Origin: a virus
Taxonomy: Duplodnaviria; Caudoviricetes
IMG/VR virus record: IMGVR_UViG_3300011164_000019
Location: 1 to 64,000 of that record
Reading direction: 5' to 3' (one strand)
Length of the DNA stretch: 64,000 nucleotides
Shown piece by piece: positions 57,480 through 64,000 of the stretch (the first letter of the stretch is position 1; each line of letters opens with the position of its first letter). The notes below the pieces were generated by a model. It searched no databases and was not told the origin of the DNA. It saw only the letters and a program-made list of their open reading frames with translations. Both the position numbers and the translations under genes were made by a program.

Positions 57480-57529
57480 TGCAGACTCCTTGGTGGGAAT
57501 TCGCCAAGTGCCCGGAGGGCACCTGAAGG

Positions 57530-58021
57530 TCAGTTGTCGAACCAGAACACGATGCGGCGATCGTCCGGGTTGTCGGTGGCACCGAGGGTGGCCAGGGTCT
57601 CTTCCAGCCGCTTGATCAGGTGGTCGACGTTGTGGATCGAGGCCTCTTCGCTGGGGGCGATCAGCAGCTGGGCACGGGCGAGCTTCAGCTCCTCCACCTT
57701 GGCGATCAGCTCGGCCTGGGTGCGGGCACCGTGGGAGTGGCCGTCAGAGTCGTAGTAGTCGCTAAGGGCCTTCACTTCGCAGGACACGTCATCAGGCAGT
57801 TCGCTGGTGTACGGGAACGACCAAGGCCAGTCGGTACGGACACCGTGGTTCAGCAAACCGAAGAACCAGTAGTCACGAGTACGTCCAGGCAGACCATCCA
57901 TTACTGGATACTCTCGATCGCCTTCGAACTCTGGAGGCTCGAATTTGAAACTTACAGATTGATCGCACACCCAGACTCCATCTTTCTTGGTTTCCGAGTG
58001 CCAATGAATATCGCAACCCAT
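57530..58021 (-). CDS. MGCDIH-start phage hypothetical protein
   Basis: MGCDIH...RDY.FFG.L..GVR...GHSH...RIVFWFDN; SD GGAG. Confidence 0.75.
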   Translation of the reverse strand: MGCDIHWHSETKKDGVWVCDQSVSFKFEPPEFEGDREYPVMDGLPGRTRDYWFFGLLNHGVRTDWPWSFPYTSELPDDVSCEVKALSDYYDSDGHSHGARTQAELIAKVEELKLARAQLLIAPSEEASIHNVDHLIKRLEETLATLGATDNPDDRRIVFWFDN

Positions 58022-58092
58022 GTTTGCTATCTCCGATAAACAGAAACCAAGTGAGTCCATGTAGTCGTCATGGCTTAGCCTGGCTTCTGAAT

Positions 58093-58122
58093 AAGAAAAG
58101 GAACCCCAAGAGAACTTGGGGT
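58093..58122 (-). terminator. Terminator after primase
   Basis: ACCCCAAG-uucu-CUUGGGGU-UCCUUUUCUU. Confidence 0.75.
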
Positions 58123-58134
58123 AGATGGATAAAG

Positions 58135-60276
58135 TCACCGCTTGGACAGTGCTTTGCCGACCGTGACCATGATGGAACTCATGATCTCCACTTCTTCCAA
58201 CTTGTCTGGCAACTTGTCGTTCAATGCCACCACGCGAGAGCGGATGCCATCGAAGTCGAAGTTGGAGTCAACCAGGATGAACGCATACTTCATCAGCATG
58301 TTGTTCCGGTTGCCGTCGCCAGTGTTGTTGATTACCCAGCGTTCCAGGTTGTCCAGGGACTGCTGAGAGTCGAAGCGTTGCTTGCGCTCTTCGTTCTTGC
58401 TGGTCTTCGGGATGAAGGGCAGAACATCGAACACTTCGCCTTCGGTGTATTCATGGTGACCAGGGTGGGTCAGCCACTTCTTGCACCGATGAGCGCAGGA
58501 CGGATCAGCATCGAACGGCAGCCACTGCAGGACGTTGTTGTAGAACTCCTTGTAGTCCTTGGCATCCATCTTCAACTCGTAGTTGGTAGGGAGGATGATG
58601 CGGAACCGGTGGTTCTGGTCCGTGTGGCTCTTGGTGGTGTAGTACAGCGCCTTGTAGTCCTTGAGCAGCAGCTTGGCTGTGTTCAGGTTGCAGGTGCCGT
58701 CCACGTCGATGACCAGCAGGTTGAAGCCTGGCTCGGCGTTGTCTTCGTTGCGGTAACCACCCTTGAGGTGATGGTTGATCCAGTGCATGCCTGGGGCCTG
58801 AGTCAGCAGGTGCAGCTTGTCGAACGGTGCCGTCTCGTTGTTGTAGCCGGTGGTCATGTCGCTGGAGTAGCTGACGATCATCTTCGCCAAGTCGGTTTCC
58901 TTGAGGCTTTCGCCACGCAGGAACTCGATGCCATCGTTGAAGGCCTTCTTGATGATGATGTTGTTCTTGTACCCATAGGCGGTGGCCAGGGTCAGCATCT
59001 CCTGCTTCTGGCTCGACGAACCCTTGTAGTAGGGCAGGTCTTCGACCAGATCAGCCTGAGTCACTTCCTTGCCGATCGCTGCCAGGTACTTGGCCAGCTT
59101 CACGTACGGACGGTCCCGCGAGAGCATCTGGCCGAACGCAGCACCACTGTCCTCCACCAGCCGGATGGCATTGTGCAGATGGCCCATGGTCAGCTCGGGT
59201 GAGTCGTCCACGAAGGCATAGGCACCGGCCAGCTTGAGCGCCTTGAAGTAGCGGTGGCTCAGCTCGGCCTTGCGGATCTCGTCGTGCTCGGGCATGGCGT
59301 CAGCCTGCTTCTCGCACATCAGCTTGTACTGGATCAGCTCCAGGCTGGTGTCCCGACTCATCACCAGACGCTTGTTGGCGTTGATGATATCGGCCAGGCG
59401 TTCCAGCTTGTCGGCCAGCTCTTCGAGGAACTGGTTGGTCTGCTGGCTGGTTTGCAGCTCGTAGACCTGCTCCGGGGTGAGATCCAGGTTCTTGCTGGCG
59501 CCCTTGAGGTAGCCGAACAGGCAGCGACGTGCGTAGCCGGTATCCAGCATCGAGTACAACGCCTGCTCGGTGGCAGCACCGTCGAATAGCTTGGACGGTG
59601 TACCGAAGAGCATCATGTTGGTCGGGGTGGTGCCCTTGATCTCTTCGAAGCGGGAGTTGTCGGAGGTCGACTTGACCAGCTTGGTCTTGACCTTGCCCTT
59701 GTCGTACAGCTCAAGGAACACGGTCAGCACCTCGGTGTTTCCAACCAGATTCAGACCGATCTCGTCGATCTCCAGGTTGACCGAACCGGCATCGGCCATC
59801 AGCAGCTTGTGACGCATCTGCTTGACCGCAGGGCTGGTGCCGGAGTCGAAGCTGAACAGCAGGGAACCCAGCTGCTCGAACTCCTTGTGGACGCGGATCA
59901 GCTCCTCATCCGGATCACTGTTCTTGCGCACGGCACGCTTGTTGGCCAGGACCGGGAGGTTGCGTTCGGCCAGCAGGGGGAAGGTCTCCTCCAGGAAGCG
60001 ATCGCGGAACTGGTGAATCACCTCGTCCTCGATGATGCTGGTCGAGTGGCCCTTGCCCGTACCGGAGGGAGACAGGTTCAACGCATAGACGTTGACCGGA
60101 ATGTCGCCCCGATCAGGTGTGCCGATGATGCAGCGCATCTGCGAGGCCACTACCGCGAAGTAGTAGCCGACCAGGACACGGAAGAATAACGGCTCCGTGT
60201 TCTGAGTTCGGTTACAGAGTATCTGCACGAGTTGTTCTGCCGTGGGGTGATACGGCATCTGATTGACGGGAAGCAT
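58135..60276 (-). CDS. DNA primase (N4 gp43-like)
   Basis: SPSGTGKGHS, EIDEIG, IDVDG, FRIILP, GDGNRNN. Confidence 0.85.
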   Translation of the reverse strand: MLPVNQMPYHPTAEQLVQILCNRTQNTEPLFFRVLVGYYFAVVASQMRCIIGTPDRGDIPVNVYALNLSPSGTGKGHSTSIIEDEVIHQFRDRFLEETFPLLAERNLPVLANKRAVRKNSDPDEELIRVHKEFEQLGSLLFSFDSGTSPAVKQMRHKLLMADAGSVNLEIDEIGLNLVGNTEVLTVFLELYDKGKVKTKLVKSTSDNSRFEEIKGTTPTNMMLFGTPSKLFDGAATEQALYSMLDTGYARRCLFGYLKGASKNLDLTPEQVYELQTSQQTNQFLEELADKLERLADIINANKRLVMSRDTSLELIQYKLMCEKQADAMPEHDEIRKAELSHRYFKALKLAGAYAFVDDSPELTMGHLHNAIRLVEDSGAAFGQMLSRDRPYVKLAKYLAAIGKEVTQADLVEDLPYYKGSSSQKQEMLTLATAYGYKNNIIIKKAFNDGIEFLRGESLKETDLAKMIVSYSSDMTTGYNNETAPFDKLHLLTQAPGMHWINHHLKGGYRNEDNAEPGFNLLVIDVDGTCNLNTAKLLLKDYKALYYTTKSHTDQNHRFRIILPTNYELKMDAKDYKEFYNNVLQWLPFDADPSCAHRCKKWLTHPGHHEYTEGEVFDVLPFIPKTSKNEERKQRFDSQQSLDNLERWVINNTGDGNRNNMLMKYAFILVDSNFDFDGIRSRVVALNDKLPDKLEEVEIMSSIMVTVGKALSKR

Positions 60277-60294
60277 GGAGCACTCCTGTTGTGG

Positions 60295-61269
60295 TTAAAG
60301 CTGAAGTTCCCCCGATTCGAGGTACTTGTCCTTCTGGGTGCAGGCATAGAACCCAGGACAGTAACGACAAGCCTTTACTTGACCCGGCACTTCAACCACC
60401 TTGCCGACATTGCCATCCGTGGCCAGTTGCATATAAGCATCTTGCTTATTGTCGAAGTTCTTGGTTGAGCGTTGGGTTTTCGCGGGGTTCTTGTAGTACT
60501 TGAACTGAGGGGCAGACCGCCAGAGATCTTCTTCGGTACAAAGCGGGATCTCATTTTCCGGTGCATTCCAGAACTTATCCAGATTACGAATCTTGTTTCG
60601 GATGAATTCTTCGATGAACTCCAGGGAGGGCAGACGCAACACATGTTCCAATGTTCGGCTGGCAGGATAGTTCGGAGAACTCTTTGCCTGTGCCTGGCTC
60701 CAGTCAGTGAAGATGAACTGAATGGCCATGGTGTCTTGCGTGATGATCTTCGGATTCAACCAGCGATAAATACCGCCTTGCAGTCGGTACTTCTCATCGT
60801 TGGTGTTGTTGATGTAGGTGTAAACCGAAGTGGACTTGAAGTCTTCCACTCGGCCATCACCCACGAAGTCGAACTTGCCGGAAACTTTCCGACCCTCGAT
60901 CTCACGGTAGGCCCGTTGTTCCAGATAGACCGGGATGATGCCCGGACCCAGTTCTTCAGGCGTGGGGTTGATCCGTACCTGGGCGATGACCTTCTTGGGG
61001 TAACCCAATGCGGTCATGGCTTCGACGTGCTTGTGCAGCCAGGCCCGCTCGATGCTGTCATGGATCGCGCTGCCCATGCGGGAGCTGACCATGCCGGACA
61101 CGTCCACCAGACCCTGTTCCTGAGGAACACGGGCAGCGAGGATGATCTGGCGCAGGGGTTTGATCAGGGTGGTGGCACTGATGGTGTCCGACTCATGGTC
61201 GTAATTGTCAGTGGCCAGAAAGACCGCCAGGGATAGCGGTACGTTGGAGTTGTTGAGGTACTTGCGCAT
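60295..61269 (-). CDS. PD-(D/E)xK (Cas4-like) nuclease
   Basis: SGKFDFV...EDFKSTS...QGGIY; C-terminal CRYC...C. Confidence 0.82.
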   Translation of the reverse strand: MRKYLNNSNVPLSLAVFLATDNYDHESDTISATTLIKPLRQIILAARVPQEQGLVDVSGMVSSRMGSAIHDSIERAWLHKHVEAMTALGYPKKVIAQVRINPTPEELGPGIIPVYLEQRAYREIEGRKVSGKFDFVGDGRVEDFKSTSVYTYINNTNDEKYRLQGGIYRWLNPKIITQDTMAIQFIFTDWSQAQAKSSPNYPASRTLEHVLRLPSLEFIEEFIRNKIRNLDKFWNAPENEIPLCTEEDLWRSAPQFKYYKNPAKTQRSTKNFDNKQDAYMQLATDGNVGKVVEVPGQVKACRYCPGFYACTQKDKYLESGELQL

Positions 61270-61306
61270 GGGACTACCTTCGATGAAGGCGACCCATGCA
61301 CTAGAC

Positions 61307-61519
61307 TCAGTGGTGGGTCACCTTGGTTTTAATGAACAGGGGGATACCGAAGAAGTTGAAGAACGAGACCGTGTGGAGAATGTCCCCGGTCTTTACGTCC
61401 TTCGGATTGCTGCTCTTTGCCAGAATCAACTTACCGGGCACACGCACTCCCACCGAAGTTCGGTAGATGTAATACCGGGTAATGAAGCGTGGAAAGATGT
61501 AAACCAGTAAGCGGATCAT
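61307..61519 (-). CDS. Small hypothetical protein
   Basis: In-operon ORF; start reassigned. Confidence 0.55.
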   Translation of the reverse strand: MIRLLVYIFPRFITRYYIYRTSVGVRVPGKLILAKSSNPKDVKTGDILHTVSFFNFFGIPLFIKTKVTHH

Positions 61520-61521
61520 GG

Positions 61522-61875
61522 TCACTCGCCTGCCAGGATGGCAGCTCCTTGCTTGTCTTCTTGGGTCATTACTTGCCAACGCCCCAATGCACGAAGTGCA
61601 TTATCAACCAACTCTTCCTCCCATTCGCCATCCGCTTTGCCGGAGTCCAGCAAGTTATGGATGGCTTCCTGCAAACAAGGATGTTTGATTTGGAAAAGGT
61701 GGTTGACGCGATGGCTGTCGATACTTTGCAGATGACCGAAGTGCGGAACCTTCAAAGGATCGGCTTTTCCGTCATTGGCATGTTTGTCTCGACAGGAGGG
61801 GCAGTAGTCGTGAATCTCTTCGCTACGCCAAGCGATGGCGCAACCGATGCTCTTGCAATATTGCAGGTCGGACAT
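61522..61875 (-). CDS. Hypothetical protein with N-terminal Cys motif
   Basis: CKSIGC...CPSC; HPCLQEAI. Confidence 0.65.
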   Translation of the reverse strand: MSDLQYCKSIGCAIAWRSEEIHDYCPSCRDKHANDGKADPLKVPHFGHLQSIDSHRVNHLFQIKHPCLQEAIHNLLDSGKADGEWEEELVDNALRALGRWQVMTQEDKQGAAILAGE

Positions 61876-61938
61876 GGGAACTTCCTGGTGGTGATGCGTC
61901 CCTGCAGTTTATTTCGGGTGTTGGATTAATCCAGTGAC

Positions 61939-62379
61939 CTATTCAGGTGTCTGGATCTGTTGTTTGTTGATGTACTTCTGGATATGAAACAGGCACAACT
62001 TGATCGCTTTCAGGTACTTCTGTGCCTGGCGTGTATCCACGCCCAGCATGTAGCGGATTTCCTGGGTGTTGATCACGTCCATGCACTGCAGGATGTTGTA
62101 GAGCCGGGTCACACTCAGTGGGATGGAGTACTTCCCAGCCTTGCTGTGGTGATCCAGTCGAGCGATACCCAGGATGATGTCGTCCACCGGACTTCCGTCG
62201 TACGCCTTGTACTGCTGCATGAAGCTCAACAGTGGGTTGGCAGTGTTACGGGGCGACTGAGGCCGGGGGAAGGTGTAGCTGGAGCTGTAGCGAATCCGGT
62301 CGACTCGTGCCTTGCCCAGGCGGGCCGTGAGGTTGGGCATTTCATCGATCGGGAAGGTGCGGATGGTGGTGGCGTCCAA
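61939..62379 (-). CDS. Hypothetical protein
   Basis: TTG start with SD GAGGT. Confidence 0.65.
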   Translation of the reverse strand: MDATTIRTFPIDEMPNLTARLGKARVDRIRYSSSYTFPRPQSPRNTANPLLSFMQQYKAYDGSPVDDIILGIARLDHHSKAGKYSIPLSVTRLYNILQCMDVINTQEIRYMLGVDTRQAQKYLKAIKLCLFHIQKYINKQQIQTPE

Positions 62380-62530
62380 GGTGACCTCGAAAACGACGCA
62401 TATATAAAAGGGGATCTCCCCTGTGCCTTCGGCTCACTCGTCACAGGCTCGAACCCCCTTCAAAACCCTGACCTGATCCGAGGCGCGAACGCAGCACAAG
62501 GCGCACGCAGGCGCAGCCGAGTACGCCGCC

Positions 62531-62641
62531 AGTGCGGAGGTTCGCAACGAGGATCTGGGAAGGAGGAGGTGGAGCTAGAACTGAGGACCAGTTCCTGGAC
62601 TAGAGAGCGGCGCGCAGTGTAAGGAGGTGTTTCAGCTGAAA
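62531..62641 (+). ncRNA. Candidate GGA-rich Csr/Rsm-titrating RNA segment
   Basis: Nine GGA in 62536-62625; GAACTG-AGGAC-CAGTTC hairpin; boundaries unknown. Confidence 0.3.
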
Positions 62642-62829
62642 AATTGACTTGGATCAACTGGCTATTAGCCATCTCCCCGAGTCGATGAATGGTTACAGCA
62701 ACGTCGTATCCGCACTATCGGCTCGCAAGCTCGCCTCGTGCTGCACTCCGCTGCAGTAACCGTTCTTCCTTGAAATCACACTGAACCTCTTCTCAATGGT
62801 TCGTCACCGAACGCCCGAGAGGGCGTCTG

Positions 62830-63999
62830 TCACGCTGAGCAGGCTACGCACTCATCCTTCACGACCACACCGCTGCGTGAGTAGATGTAGTACTGGGACA
62901 GGACGTTCTCATCGAGCAGGACCAGGGTCATCAGCTCGGCGATCAGATCCTCGCTGCCATCCTCCGGCACGTAGAAGTTCAGGCTCTGACCTTGGCAGGT
63001 CCACTTCTGACGCTGGGAGCAGTGACGCAGCAGGATGTGCTGATCCATCTCGAAGCCGTTGAGGAACACCAGCTTCTCATGGTCACCCAGCCAGTCGACA
63101 TGCTGAACAGAACCGAGGTGATCGATAATGTCCTGCACGGTCTCTTCGCTGTAGACGCCGCGAGCTTTCATCAGCTCGTAGAACACCGGAGGAATCCGGC
63201 GAAGCTCGCCTACGGATGAGCCAGCATCGAACACCATGCCGGGGTCCGGGAACCAGGATTCACTGACGCCACCCATGAGCAGGCTGGTGGTCTTGGTGGG
63301 TGCATACGCAGTGCGGTGCGTGTTGCGAACACCGTAGCCCTTACACCATTCAGGTTCGCCGTATTCCTGTGCCAGCCACTGGCTTGCCCGTAGGGATTCG
63401 TCATGCAGGTGCTTGGCGATCTCGGTGGACAGGAACTGTGCTTCCAGGCTGACGTACGGAATGTTCTGCGACTGCAGGTAGGTGTGGAAGCCCATGATGC
63501 CTAGACCGATGGCTCGGCCTTTGATCGTGAACTCACGTACCTTCTCCAGTCCTGGAATACCGGCACTCTTCTCGATGAATTCCTGACACAGGCAATCCAG
63601 GAACACCGTTGCGATGAAGACCGACTCACTGTTCTTGATACGGTCCCAATGCACCAGGTTCAGCGAAGCCAGGATGCAACTGTAGGTCAGATCATCCGAG
63701 CTGTGCAGCATGATCTCGGAGCACAGGTTGGTGGCCCGAATGTCCAGGCCCCAGTCCTTGTACATCTGAGGACGGTGACGGTTGGCCTTGTCGATGCAGA
63801 AGACGTAGCCCTTGCCAGTGATCAGCTTGGTGTAAAGCGCCTTGGTCCAGCGACGGTTGGCCTCTTTGTCACCTGCCTTGAGCTTGTCCACGAACGAATC
63901 ACGGATGATCCAGCCGTAGTTCTTCCCGTTGGGTTCAGCGGCCAGCGAATCGCAAGCCTCATCCCAGTCACCATGCTCGATATCCAGGTAGGCACCGAT
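62830..63999 (-). CDS. nrdA: Ribonucleotide reductase alpha subunit, 5' end outside window
   Basis: ATNLCSEI, CILASLNL, GRAIGLG, APTKTTS, C-terminal CVACSA; frame open to window edge. Confidence 0.92.
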   Translation of the reverse strand: MGAYLDIEHGDWDEACDSLAAEPNGKNYGWIIRDSFVDKLKAGDKEANRRWTKALYTKLITGKGYVFCIDKANRHRPQMYKDWGLDIRATNLCSEIMLHSSDDLTYSCILASLNLVHWDRIKNSESVFIATVFLDCLCQEFIEKSAGIPGLEKVREFTIKGRAIGLGIMGFHTYLQSQNIPYVSLEAQFLSTEIAKHLHDESLRASQWLAQEYGEPEWCKGYGVRNTHRTAYAPTKTTSLLMGGVSESWFPDPGMVFDAGSSVGELRRIPPVFYELMKARGVYSEETVQDIIDHLGSVQHVDWLGDHEKLVFLNGFEMDQHILLRHCSQRQKWTCQGQSLNFYVPEDGSEDLIAELMTLVLLDENVLSQYYIYSRSGVVVKDECVACSA

Positions 64000-64000
64000 G

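Larger units (their letters stand above)
1..64000. mobile_element. N4-like (Schitoviridae) phage genome carrying an integrase; probable temperate phage/prophage, incomplete in window
   Basis: Giant vRNAP, split RNAP II, N4-type structural gene order, rIIA/rIIB, plus integrase and xis; no host genes seen. Confidence 0.93.

Noticed and set aside
27435-57507. TTCGCCAA motif at 27437, 27460, 56724 (reverse) and 57500
   Set aside because: Also arises often in coding DNA as Phe-Ala-Lys codons; no evidence of enrichment
60295-61269. Cas4-like nuclease as sign of CRISPR
   Set aside because: No array or other cas genes; it is in the usual N4 replication-gene position
62446-62460. GGTTCGAGCC T-loop-like motif on minus strand
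   Set aside because: No T stem, D arm or acceptor stem; no tRNA found anywhere by eye
62618-62635. TGTAAG-N6-TTTCAG resembling the GacA box
   Set aside because: Only one half-site matches, and it lies downstream of the GGA cluster
62460-62672. 70-aa minus-strand ORF
   Set aside because: SD abuts the ATG and composition looks non-coding; not listed as CDS but not excluded
112-63404. Many long opposite-strand ORFs (e.g. 4131-5486, 29231-30772, 42872-44845, 44954-47101, 47258-49645)
   Set aside because: Antisense shadows of real GC-rich genes; no SDs or motifs

Overview
The whole window is phage DNA: an N4-like (Schitoviridae) genome of probable Pseudomonas host (host is inference). It carries a 3415-aa virion RNA polymerase, two-subunit RNAP II, a Drc/gp2-like cofactor, family-A DNA polymerase, helicase, primase, SSB, rIIA/rIIB, terminase, portal, capsid, dUTPase and a partial RNR. 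Unlike classical lytic N4 phages it has a tyrosine integrase plus excisionase-like gene at the left edge, and its gene order is permuted: first early gene and terminase sit back-to-back at ~27.3 kb. Both fit a temperate phage or prophage. No host DNA or att site is visible, and tail-fibre and endolysin genes were not recognised (probably beyond 64 kb). Signals missing from the ORF track: a 58-aa CsrA/RsmA homologue (17144-17320), CAAGGA Shine-Dalgarno motifs on many phage genes, a GGA-rich candidate Rsm-sponge RNA (~62.5-62.6 kb), two structured candidate ncRNAs after vRNAP (~53.06-53.24 kb), five vRNAP hairpin promoters, an HTH gene behind an operator-like region, an orphan holin and a lipoprotein moron. 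Leading hypothesis (inference): a temperate N4-like phage with no recognisable CI/Cro switch that may control its life cycle post-transcriptionally through its own Csr/Rsm module. All family assignments come from motif recognition by eye; no database search was run.
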